Origin: Oikopleura dioica
Lineage: Eukaryota > Animalia > Chordata
DNA: 64,000 bases
Direction of reading: 5' to 3'
NCBI GenBank assembly: GCA_907165135.1
Contig: OU015566.1
Coordinates: 8,370,001-8,434,000 of the forward strand
The position numbers and the translations under genes were made by a program. Numbering within the stretch: position 1 is the stretch's first letter; each line of letters opens with the position of its first letter. Under the pieces are notes generated by a model. That model searched no databases, was not told the origin of the DNA, and saw only the letters and a program-made list of their open reading frames with translations. Positions 47,097-59,300 of this stretch are shown here, in pieces.

Positions 47097-48224
47097 ATGT
47101 TGACTTTTGCCCTCTTGTCACTTGCTGCTGCTGGCCGATGTAAGTTCCATCATGATTTAGTCTTTAAAATGATGCTAGAAATAATGCTTGTGATGATTAT
47201 TAACTAAATTGATAGCTCGACGACAGTCTCCTCTTCCGGAGTACGAAGCAGATTACCCAGCATTTGCTGCCAGAGGACGAGCAGCCCCAGTTTCTGCTCT
47301 TGATGACCCAATGATCGCACCCGTAAGTGCTCTTTATGCTTAAAAATTATAGAAAATCATAGATTGTCGGTCTAATTATTACTTTGCATCTAGGATATTG
47401 CACGAATGGGACCAGCAATGGAACGAAAGTACAAGAATCTCGAGAAGATGATGACTTTCATGGACACTTCCAGTAATAACATCACCAAATATTGGGTCTA
47501 TGGATGTTGGTGTTTCCAGATGGGCGACTACCCGATGCGACAAGGAATCGGTGCTCCACAAGATAATGTCGACAAGTAAGTATCATTAGGCTCAACTTTT
47601 TTCTCATTGATTCAGGACTTGCAAACAACAAAAAGAGTGCTACAAATGCGCTAAGAAGGATTTCGGTCAGGAATGTGTCCCTGAGGAAACTGGTTACAGA
47701 CACAAAGGAGCCTACGATTCTGTCACTGGCGAGGCTTACATCAAATGCAGTACGTACTTATTTCTGATTAATACGAACCACGAAGTTTTTCCTTTCTAAC
47801 CTCTTTAAAGTGGACAGAGAAGGAACCTGCCGACGACAAATCTGCGAATGCGACAAGGCTCTCGCCACCCGACTTGTCCCTGCTTCCGAAAGCGAGGATG
47901 GATGGAACGCCGCTCATCACGCCTTCTACGGTGGATTTGACTCCCGATCTAAATGCCTTCGAAGTCTGCCAGGACCAGGCGGTAACGACGTCAAAGTTCA
48001 GTGCTGTGGAACTGGAATGGACAGGTAACAATTCTATTTTCGCCTTTATATTTTCATAGCATATATAACGAAACGTAACTAAAGAATTTATTGATATATT
48101 TAGACTTCCATACAAATTCAACGCTGACGGATCTGGCAAACAGTGTTGCGGAGGTAAAATCTACGATTCGGACATTCAAGAGTGTTGCCGAAATGACTTC
48201 GTCTCCTCGATCGGAAGCTGCTAA
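47097..48224 (+). CDS. Secreted phospholipase A2-like protein, predicted catalytically inactive, with Cys-Cys repeat tail
   Basis: Signal peptide MLTFALLSLAAA and propeptide. YGCWC...G.G.P.D..DKTCKQQKECY and CRRQICECDKALA give the PLA2 fold pattern. The tail reads QCCG..KQCCGGKIYD..QECC. Confidence 0.85.
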
Positions 48225-48813
48225 AGCGCTTTGACCAAGGTCAACCTATGCCATTATCCGAAGCTTTCTTAACTCTGTACAGCTCCTTCCTATCCTTATT
48301 TTTACTTTCTTGACAAATGCATTCTCATAAAAAGAATATGATTATGCAGTATATTTACCACTTGCTATTTTTATTAATAACTTTACGCAACACTCTTTAT
48401 TCTCTGTGTAAAAACTTATGTAATGTGAACCTCTTCCTTTTCAAAACCTGGTTGGGCCCCATCCTTTATCTTTGTGAATAAAGTCTTATTAAAAAAAAGT
48501 TTGATTTTTGGTCTGAGCCAACAAAGTACAGGAGCATTAATTGAGTGCCGACTTCAGAGCGCAAATAGAGCAAAACGAGTTGATTCATATTATCGGTTTA
48601 TGTTTATCTGATGCCGATATTTGAGCTGGGGGGTAGATTAGCCAAATCTCCTCCAGGGTCAGATCTCCGCGCCGTTTAGAAATGAAATTCTTGTAGTCAT
48701 TGAAAAGTATACGAGTAAGCTTTTTTCAATTAGTTGGTTCAAGCATAGCTTATTGAAACGACTCAATTTTGTTGATGTTTTGTCAAGATCATTGAAGAAG
48801 AAATAATTCAAAA

Positions 48814-50098
48814 ATGAGAGACTTGAGCGGGAAGATGGGTAAAATTCTAGCGAGCTCGAAGCTCTCCGTGGTTCTTTTTGCCTTGATAGCAATTTTGACT
48901 TTTTACGAAAGTAGTACTTCATCAAGAACGAATTACAAAAAGGAAAATAAGCAACAGAGTTCGCCACAAATATTGCACCAAGAGCGTAAGAAATCAATTT
49001 CTTTCTAACTCTTTTAGAGCTTATTTTTGTAGCTCTTGAACCGATATATTCTGAGAAAGACGAAAAAGCGATAAAAAGTAATCCGACTGAGGCGAAATAC
49101 GTCGTCTATAACCGCGTGGCCAAATGTGGTTCATCCTCAACCCGATTAGTACTCGCTGGCTTATCAGAGAACAATCACAGGATCCGCTTAGAGAGCGTTT
49201 GACGCTTCAATTTTTCAAGAGAAGCTTATTTTTACAACTGTCTTTTTACACGTTTCGAAGCGTGACAAGATTCCAAGAATGGTTTCACTACGAGAAAAAC
49301 GATTCAAAGATCATTGACGACAACGAAGAAAAACGGTTGATTCAGAAATTTTCAGACTTTCAAGCAGAAAATCCGTATAAAGGAGCGGCTAAAACTAAAA
49401 CGAAAGTTGAAATAATGCCCTAAATGCAAAGCCCGAGAAAGCATTCGTCTACACCCGCCATTTCTATTATTTCGACTTTCCCAAGTCGCTAAACTTGACC
49501 TTCATCAACGTTGTCCGCCATCCGATCGACCGATTCGTCTCCAAGTTCTACTACCGACAAGTCGGATTTCAACATGACAAGACGAAAGATAGAACGAATA
49601 TATTATCGATAAATAAATGCCTCGAAGAAGCCGATGATCATCCGGACAAATACTTCAGAATCGTTTGCAAAAACGGGGGAGATTGGAGCTATGTTCCGTA
49701 CTTTTGTGGGAGAGATCCTGTTTGTCTGAAACCGACACGAGAAGCGCTAGAAAGGGCGATTCATAACATCAGAAAGCATTATTTGGTTGTCGGTACTCTG
49801 GAGAACTACACGAAATTCCTAGAGCTGGCGGAGATCATGATTCCTCGTATCTTCGAAGGAGCGGCTGATTTCAACAAAGCCTCAAAGTGGATACGAAATT
49901 ATTCAAAGACCACGTATAAAGAGCCGATAAGGTAAGTCATCTGAATGTTAACAAGCTCAATTAGATATGCTTTCTAGCGATGAAATGAGACAGCACCTAT
50001 TATCAACGAATAAAATGAAGCTTGAAATGGAACTATACAACTACATAAAGAAGCGATTCAACAAGCAACTTTACGAATACCGCCTGCTTCTATCATAA
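48814..50098 (+). CDS. Golgi type II sulfotransferase (HS2ST1/UST-like, Sulfotransfer_2)
   Basis: N-terminal anchor SVVLFALIAILTFY, 5'-PSB motif VYNRVAKCGSSS, 3'-PB motif INVVRHPIDRFVSKFYY, plus PYFCG, ALERA..NI..HYLVVG and ELYNY. Confidence 0.9.
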
Positions 50099-50298
50099 AT
50101 TCTTCAAATAAACAATTTTTGATATTTTAGTTTGAAGCGGAAAACGCGTTTTCAAATGAGAATAACGCATCTCCTTGTGCTATTTTTGAACGAATTATAT
50201 TTGCACTAAAATGAGGTGAATTATGAATGTTTGAATTGAAGGTACTGATTGAACTGAAGCAAGGGAAAGAGAAAGAGCTGGATGGAGAAGACGTAACA

Positions 50299-52113
50299 CT
50301 AGTTAATGTACTCGCGAGGGAGGAAGCAAACATCGATGTCCTTGCTTGGAGCAAGGAGGAACGTAGTGAGCCGAGTTCGTTTGACGTCAGGGACAAAATC
50401 TTTAGGGAATTCCAGCTTGAATGTCTTGAGAATTCGCATCAATCCAAGGCGCGCTTGAATATTTGTATTAGATTAAAGAAAAAGTTTAGAAGTTACCTTG
50501 CATATTGGCAAATCGCATTCCAACACAGTTTCTTGGCCCAGCTCCAAAGGGCAGGAAAAAGGGAGCTTTTTCGTAGTCAGGGTTCGATATCCAGCGATCG
50601 GGATTGAAATCGCAGGCATCGGCTCCCCAGTATTCTGTGTTCTCGTGCAAGGCATCGACTGGTACTTCTACATTGCTGCCCTTTGAGAAGGGGATTCCGT
50701 TGATAACCACATCATTGTTGCAGTATCGAAGATGAACCCCAGCGGGTGCATAGAGACGCAAAGTTTCGTTGAGTGTAGCGCAGAGAAGCGGGAGTTTCTT
50801 CGAGTTAAAATTGCTATAATCTTCGCCGACCCCACTGATCTCTTCGACCAGTCGTTCTTGGAGATCAGCGTTTTTGCAGATTTCGTAAATCGCGAATTGA
50901 AGCAGCGTAGCGGTTGTTTCGAATCCGGCAGCAAAGAGAACGAAGATTTGACTGATAATTTCATCGTGTGTGAGTCCCTAGAAAAGTTATAGACTGCTGA
51001 TCATCTGATTAAAACAACCTTTGTCGCCGCCTTTGCTTCTTCGTCAGTGATCTTCAATTTCTTGAAGATTTCCAAGAAGTTTCGACGGTCTGTCTGGGGA
51101 GTATCAGCGTTGAGCATGGCCTTGCAATAGCCAGTGAACCACCTAAATTTTGCTTTGAATCAAGATGGTTAAAAACTATTTACCTGACAGCTTCAGTGGC
51201 ATAGATCGGGATCTCAAGACTGTCCAAAAGATCCCCGAATCCAGGAATAAAAACAGTCAAGAAAATTTGCGCGCCTGGGTTAAAGATTTCATGAAAATAC
51301 ATGTACTCTTTCGACTTTGTGAAGTCTCGAAGATCTTCAAGTTCCAAATCAACACCCATTGCTCCAGCGAGAAAACCATCCATAGTATATTTGCCGGTCA
51401 CTCCTTTGACATTGATTTTTTCTCCATTAAGATTTCTGATCTGATCACAAAGGATATCGAGACGAGCTTTGGTTACTGACATCATTTTCTCAAGCTGGAC
51501 GTTTGAGAAACTTGGCGAAATGGATTGGCGAACTCGTCTCCATTGGACCGGACAAGTCAGAATATCCAAAGTGTGTTTGAGCTCTAAAAAAGGGTGAAAT
51601 TCTAGCAAGCAGAGAAAGCAAACCTTTTCCGACGCCAAAAGATCCCATGTCAGGTTGTCTGGCAGAGAATGAACCAAAGTGTGTCGTAAAAACAGCATTG
51701 ATGAGTTCGTGATCAACAGTGAAAATGACAGGAGACGTAAGTCGATAGTAACCGACGGTTTTACGATTCTTGTCCTTGAGCTCTTTGTCAGCCAGTTCGT
51801 TGAAACCGTTGTCGACGGCGTAGTGGCCCGCTGTTCCAAATGTGAGGAGCGAAGGGGTCAAGACGGGAACTCCCCAGTCGTTCATTGCCGTCCATTTGTA
51901 TCGAATGTAACAGTAAGACACAGCAGATGTTCCGAGGGATATCTAACAGAAGCAATAATCTTTCTTTGAATCCCCTTTTTCGCTTACCTTGACCCAGAGA
52001 GGAGCTTCCTTGAGCTTTTTAGGAATGTCTCTGTAAGAGGGAACTTGAATCTCAGTAAGGGCTCTTGGCAGTTTCGCCCGAACTTCCGATAAAACATCGA
52101 CCACTTTATCCAT
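50299..52113 (-). CDS. Cytochrome P450 (CYP3-clan-like)
   Basis: WRRVRQSISPSFS, I-helix FAAGFETT, K-helix ETLR, FNPDRW and heme motif PFGAGPRNCVG. Confidence 0.96.
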
Positions 52114-52403
52114 GGCCTTTGAATATGAGCTTTCTTCAAGATCAGAAGAAACGAACTGAAACTGAAACGATAGATTGTGGGGCGGAAAAAGCAAATATTG
52201 ACTGCCAAGTGCGTTCTAGAGAAATTTCTCAAAATTGTGTTTGCTTCACCTGATTTCAAGACATAGTGATCAATTTGAAGTTTGTTAATTTTAAACAAAA
52301 GGTATATTTAGAACGATAAAAAGTTTTTTTTCAGAAAATAGGTATAAAGGCATATTTTGAACACGAGTTTTGATTTAGAACGAAGAAAGAAAGAAAAAAG
52401 GTA

Positions 52404-53823
52404 TTATTGCATGATCGCCATCGGTTGATTGCCTTGCGTTCCGACTTGTTGATCCCTAATTCGCTTCGCATCGAGATGCTTTTGAAGATAATTCTTTGCC
52501 GCGGATTTTCCCACCGTTTTGCAAATTTTCTTCATACCCATATCTTCAATATGGAAGAAGGTTTTTGTCAAGTTCACTCCAACATTCATCGAGTTGTAAG
52601 TCACTTCTCCCGCCGCTTCTCCGCTTCGGTGAGTGACGACTTTTGCCGTTGTATCTCGCGACGCGACGGCTATCTTTTTTCCACTGTGCTCCAACGCTTC
52701 CCAAACTTTTCCATATCCAGCCAAAGCGCCACCGAGAATCTTAGTCGTGTTTCTCCATGTGCTGCTGGTTTCTCCGTTTCCATCCTTTTGTCCGTACTTC
52801 TCCTGAACTTTGTCGGCAATCTTTCCTCCAGCATACGTCGCTACTTGGCCAATGGCACTTGCCAGGTAGCCCGTTCCTTTTGCCACGTATTTTGTCGAAA
52901 CTGAAGCGACTTCGGCCGTCTTTTTCCAACCAGGGGAAATTTCTTTTGGGTCGGAAAGAGCAGGAGTAGTTTCCACGTATTTTTGGGCCTTTCCTTCCAT
53001 CAGAGATTTCGACTTATCTCCTGCCCAAGCAATTCCTTTACTAAATGCAAAATCTAAGTAAGGGTGGCAGAGCGGCTTCGCAAAATTGCTATTTCGATAT
53101 ATTTTTAAATTCCTCCGAAGACGCTTCGCGACTTCTTTTAAAAAATCAATACGCGGCTTTTCATCAAATATCATTCAGATCCTGACTCAGGATTTCAACA
53201 CTGGTGGTCGAGCCCAGATTATTAGTACCTGAGACCATCCGCAGCATATAAAATCCCAGCCGAAACTTTATCCCCAATGTCGGCAGCTTCTTGGGCTTGA
53301 GTACCAATTTGCTCCTCGGAGAACAAGCATTTGTAGCGTGCATTGTTCATGAATATGCAAGTAGTAGAGACAATCAAATCTTCCGTCGGGTTAATGAGCT
53401 TCAATAACAAATGATAGTCGGTTCCATCGATTGGGCCTTGTCGGCCGCCGATACAGAACATTTCCAAGTCGTAGTGGAGCACGAAGATGCTGAAAACTGT
53501 AATTGATGGAAAAGAATGGATGAATTTACTTTTGATCGAGGAGCAGTTCATAGCTCCCGAATTTCAGAAGAGGGCCACGAGAAGAATCCTCGATGGAAAT
53601 CGTTGGAAAATCAGTTGAAATCGGAGCATTTGAGCGGACGAAAGTGACTTCCACCGAACCAGCTGGTATTTGAAGAACTAATATTCTCGTCAATACCGAG
53701 TCAGTTATTCGCTAGCTAACCTATAGTAACATCATCGGATTCATCTGTTTCATTCCTCTGGCTACTCGTTCTTCCTGCAGGAGGGATGGGAACTTCCTCT
53801 GCCAAATTTGGGTAAAGCGTCAT
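52404..53823 (-). CDS. SPART: Spartin-like senescence-domain protein without an obvious MIT domain
   Basis: LYPNL, LLQIPAG, then AGILYAAD..SKGIAWAG...AEVASVSTKYVAKGTG...GYGKVWEALEHSGK..V.HRSGEAAG, matching the Spartin senescence domain. Confidence 0.8.
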
Positions 53824-54428
53824 TTCTTATAAGTTTGTTTTGAGAATGAAAAGTTGAGCGAATGAAAAAGTAGCTTTTATATCTTCCGTTCTGATTGTGA
53901 TTCATTTTCTTGCCCGGATAAGCCTTTCTTTCCCTGGCTCACGGGCTCCCACGAGCGCTGAGTCACTATTTCTGACTCACTTGAGAAAAAAGCGTCATCA
54001 CGCGAAGGAAAAATATTAATTTCTTCAAAATGTCTTTTTCGTAAACTTGACCGACTTCTACTGAGAATTTTCGATAATGAAATGAGAAAACAATTGAGTT
54101 ATCTAAAGCTGCCTCGTAATTGAAAATGTCTAAATTAATATTTTTCTATAATCAAATTTCCTTCTGAAATGGATTTAAAAGAGGAATTCTTTGCTTCTGT
54201 GTTTATGATCTCTGTTCAGTTCCTAAGACACCACATTTTTTATTTTCAAGGACATAAAATGAAGTTCAAAAATTATCTCTTACTTCAATAGTGTTCCCAA
54301 GTTTTGCTCCTTTCTTATTTATATCAGATGTCGATAATAAGTAACGAGTCACTCGTTACGAGTGAATATATGTGTCTTTCTGAATACACCAATTCGTGGT
54401 TTAAACGATTCTTTTCAGAAATAAAAAT

Positions 54429-55281
54429 ATGGGATTCGGTGGAGGCCGAGGTGGACGCGGCGGTGGCAGAGGACGAGGCCGTGGAGGCGGCGGCGGAGGT
54501 TTCAAAAGATACGAAGATCAGGGCCCTCCGGAGTCTGTCCTCGAACTTGGAACAGTTTCACACACCTGCCAGGTACAGCAGCGAAATCCTTTCGGCTTTG
54601 ATTAATTGTTAGGACGACCTCGTTGTGAAATGCACGAACGAGAAGATCCCATATTTCAACTCGCCCGTCTATCTCGAAAACAAAGAGAAAATCGGCAAAG
54701 TCGACGAAATCTTTGGCCCCATCACCGACTTCTTCCTCTCTGTCAAGGTATTTTCTGAAATCCTCATTCCCCTCTTTACCCGCAACCTCTAGTTAGACAA
54801 CAACATGAAGGCAGAATCGTTTGCCAAGGACAAGAAATTCTTCTGCGACCCTGCCAAGCTTCTCCCTCTCAGCAGATTCCTCCCACAGCCCAAGAAGCCA
54901 GCCGGAAAGGTGGCTAAACCAGCTGGGTACGTAGCAGTTTTCTTTCAACCCCTTTCTATCTTCTACAAGGAAAATCTACTCATCTGGAGTCCAGAATCTG
55001 GAGTGGGATTCTGTGGCGAGCCTTGAACTTTTAATCGACGATTCGCTTCGCTCGAATTTTTAATAAACTTTCATTTTAGTCGCGGAGGTGGTCGAGGCGG
55101 CCGTGGTGGTCGAGGAGGACGCGGAGGTTTTGGTGGCCGTGGAGGCGGCCGAGGAGGATTTGGTGGCCGTGGAGGCGGCCGAGGAGGATTTGGAGGTCGT
55201 GGCGGCGGCCGAGGTGGTGGCCGCGGCGGAGGACGAGGAGGCGGCCGTGGATCCGGCGGCTTCAAACGAAAGTTCGACTGA
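54429..55281 (+). CDS. GAR1: H/ACA snoRNP subunit GAR1
   Basis: RGG-rich termini flank [10 protein letters not shown]...[25 protein letters not shown]...[12 protein letters not shown]. Confidence 0.97.
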
Positions 55282-56352
55282 ACGGTTCAAATTCTCGAAA
55301 AAGACTGAAGCTAGTTCCGCCGGACTGTTCCGGCAAGACTCTCTTTTTAGGACTATTATTATTCTGACTGCTCTATTCTTTTCCTGACGCTCTGTTCTTT
55401 CCTGAACGCCTTTTGAATGAACATGATTGAGTCAATCCTCCTCCAATCTTTTCATCACAGTATCAGTAAAGTATGAAATATTGATTACTGATGCCAAAGA
55501 TCTTGCAGCACTAACAAGTTGTTAGTAACAACTGCATTATAAATGAAAATTGAGAAGCATATGCTGCATATGATATGCAGATTCTGGGCTCGGCAGCCTG
55601 TGTATAAAACCTGTGTCAGGGTCTTGAAACTTTCAAATTGAAAGAATTTAAAGAAAGGCTCTTTCAATTTGATATTTTCAAGACCCTGACTCAGGTTTTA
55701 GACAAGGTTGCCGGGTCTAGTGCAGATTAATGAGAGAAACTGCAGGGAATCGAGCATTGATTACTGTTATCAGTCAACGATAGAGCAAGCAAAAGTAACT
55801 GTAATTCGAATTCCGGAAGTGCAGAATCTCCTCAATTCCCGTCAGCGAGTCAAAATGTCTCGCGAGTCGCGATCGAACCAAACCTGGCACGTCATTAGCT
55901 TATTCCACCACACTGAGCTTCGCGGTGTGGTAGCTCCTGATATTTTTGGCCACCTACGCGTTTTCCCCTGGGGCGCTTGAGGCGCCAGTTCAGTCGCAAT
56001 TTACCGTCGATAAATCCGACTCGGATAAATAGAAAGAGAAAGAACCGAGAGTAATATAAAAGTCGGAGATTAAAAATCAGAGAGTTGCTTCTCCGCAATC
56101 GTGGCTGTGGACAAGAAGAAAAAGCCCGAAAAGCGGAATTTTGACGAAAAGCACCCCTCGATTTCGCAAAATTTCGGAAACAAGAAGCAGAAAATGACTG
56201 CAGGGGTGCAGATTGTATCTCATCAGACGCATGGATTACAGGCAGGCTTTTTAAAATAATAATATCAACTCAACAACCGGACCCAAAAGGGTGTTTTTCT
56301 CTAGACTAGATAATAGTGTTAGCGTGAAAGACCACTTTTTTCAAGTCAAAAA

Positions 56353-59300
56353 ATGATGTCAATTATTGACTACAGATATCAGAGTTCTCATAAAAAGCCT
56401 TTCCAGTCCTCATATCAATTCAATTTCAACAAGAACAAAACACACAACCCAAACAAATCAGCTCGCGAACAACTGTTAGAGCAAGCCCACCGGGAGTATC
56501 AAAACTGCGACTATGTTAGCGCTGAAATTCACTGCAGACAGGTACTATCTTTCCTCTCATCTTTCCTTTCAAGCCTTGTTTAGGTGTATCAAACAGACCC
56601 TCAATCACCCGCTGTGCTGCTTCTGCTGAGTTCGATTTATTTCCAAAAGCGGTTGCTTGACGATTCGGCCTACTTTTCCCGCGAGGCGATAAGAGTCAAC
56701 CCCACCCTTGCCGAAGCCTATAGTAATTTGGGCAATGTTCACAAAGAACAAGGCGATGTCCAACAAGCGCTAGAATTCTACAAATATGCAGTTAGCCTCA
56801 AACCTGACTTCATAGACGGGTAAGCTCAGCACAACAGGGCGGCTGTACTAGACCCAAGCTTATCGGGAAACTTTAGATGGCTGCCATCGCCTAGGGGCGT
56901 GAGGCCGCGGTTGCTTTTAACCTCGGTTAAGTTTCGCAATTAAGAAATATTCCCAAGCTTATGAGTACCCATCTGTTTTCGGAAAGCAAGAACATTCTTG
57001 CTTGATTTCACTTCGCAATTAATCATTAATCTCTAGCTATGTGAACTTGGCTGCTGCTCTGACCTCGATCCAGGACTACGAAGGCGCGATTAAAGCTCAC
57101 ATGGAAGCCCTGCAGATAAACCCAAATTTGTATGGGGTCCGTTCGGACCTCGGGAACATCTTCAAGTCCTTAGGGCGACTTGAGGAGGCCGAAGTACGTA
57201 CCCGTCCGCAAATTACATCTCCCGTACCCACCCTACCCAATCTCTATCGGCCGTAATGCGCGTGTTCTCTCTCTGTGCGGCTTAACACTCCTCAATTATC
57301 ATGAAAGCTATTCCACGCCTGAGAGAGCTATTTGCATGAGCCGATAGTGGATGATGTTGGCTACTCAGGGCGTAAGCAGAAACATAACTCAAGTGGCCAC
57401 TTTAGGAATCTTGATTATTTTAGCAACAAGGCCTTCGGTAATCCCGCTGGCTCGATGCACGGAGCGGTCTCTTCCGCCTATCCCCGGCAGAGTTTTAAGG
57501 TTAAGGGTTATTAACCTAGCTATCCGCAGGCGTTGTTCAGTTTGCCCTGAGGCGTGTGCGCGTTTATCGGGACACACAGAGCGTCTGCGGACAGCCGCTT
57601 AGACGCGACTAAAGCACTCTCTTGATGGCCAATTTCCCAGCCGCAGCAGGGTTCAATTGAAGCACTGAAGGAGAGTGTGTCCAATTCCTTCCAAGTCGTC
57701 CGCAACACGCGTCTCTCTCGCAGTGAGAGACGTGGGACATGTGGCTTGTGAAGTGCGCATAATCGGCGATTAGGATTGACTAGGTGTTCTAGTTTTTCAA
57801 ATGGCCAAGTATCTTTCCTCACACTCGCTACCCGGTTAGCCCTACGGGTAATTCAACAGTGCTACAAAAATTTAGAGGACGAAGAGAATCTGGTGATAAA
57901 TTTCGCGTTTTATCGTCATCAAATCATATACAAGAAAGTTATTGCTTGTTTAGTTTTCTAAACAAGGCAGTTAAATTTTTATAAAAATATTTATTCATTC
58001 ATCCAGATCATCTTTTGTCTCTCTAAAAACATTACTCTCAGGGTCAACCACTTAGCTCGTCGACGGCAAAATACTTCTCCATTTGGACCATTCCGTGCTC
58101 GGCCAGCATATTTTCATCTTTTGCCGTTTTCGATTTCAAAAGGCAATTCTCTTAATCCCAGAGTAACCGCCCTTCTCACCGAGTTGCCTCTTGCTCAGGC
58201 GATCTACATGTCACGCCACATGTCATCTCACATGTCAGCTTTTGACATCGCCCTAACAGGAGTTAGCTTTGTCTCCATCCCGCAACAACATCTTCTCTAT
58301 TCTATTTTTGAAGTTGAGGAACTGAACTATCACCATCGGCATTTCTGTTGGTGATCTTTTCCGCGCTTCATAGGTCGACGAAGCCAAATGCCAAGAAGCA
58401 GCAACGACTAGGGACACGACGATTTACCACAAGTGGTACATAAAACTGGGTCGGGCTAGTCTAGGAACCGCTTTCAATTTTCAGAAATAAGCCAACCAAA
58501 CGATATGCAAGAATCAAAATAGCGAAATCCAGCGCCATAATTGCGAATTAATAACTTTAGGACATCACAAATTTCCGCAAAGAATAAGGATTAAGGGGTA
58601 ACGTCGGCCGCGCACAGGCCCTCGGGAAGAACCAGCTCACAGCGCGACATTATCATGCGAACTCACACGGATGTGCACGGGGAGTTTTGTCGCGCATATG
58701 CCACTGACGCTTTCAGTTGGACTTGCAGGCGCTCCTCATCCGTTTTAGTCATTTCTCACGCTCAGCCCTAACAATGTTTTCTTAGGAATGCTACCAGAAA
58801 GCTATCCAGTGTAATCCAAACTTCGCAGTTGCTTACAGTAACTTGGGCTGCGTTTACAACCAGCGCGGCGACATTTGGTTAGCAATTCACAACTTTGAAA
58901 AGGCAGTCAAACTCGACTCTACGTTCTTGGATGCGTTTATCAACCTTGGAAACATGTTCAAAGAAGCTCGAATCTTTGACAGAGCAGTCAATGCATATCA
59001 ACGAGCTCTAGCTCTCAATCACCAACACGCTGTTGTTCATGGGAACCTTGCGTCAGTCTACTACGAACAAAGTAGACTTGATCTTGCGATTGAAACTTAC
59101 AGAATAGCCATCAGGCTTCAGGTAAATCCTTCGAAATCCTCGTGTAGAAACAAGCCTTTCTTTCCAGCCAAACTTCCCAGACGCATATTGCAACCTTGCT
59201 AATGCACTGAAAGACCGCCTTTTGGTCTCCGAAGCCGAAAGCTGCTACGAACAAGCTTTGAAGCTCCACCCAGAACATGCTGACTCGCTCAACAATTTGG

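Noticed and set aside
52407-52904. 165-aa plus-strand ORF opposite Spartin and similar long antisense ORFs (14095-14448, 24284-24706, 50227-50607)
   Set aside because: They are antisense shadows of well-supported coding exons, with no independent evidence.
54927-55079. 153-bp GAR1 intron as a possible snoRNA host
   Set aside because: No C/D boxes and no convincing H (ANANNA) plus ACA arrangement.
55071-55387. Pro/Arg-rich, Ser/Ala/Thr-rich and Ala/Glu/Val-rich ORFs overlapping the GAR1 3' exon
   Set aside because: They are alternative-frame and antisense shadows of the GGC/CGA-rich RGG repeat.
55447-55610. Several short hairpins downstream of GAR1
   Set aside because: The stems are short and AT-rich, too small for pre-miRNAs, and lack H/ACA boxes.
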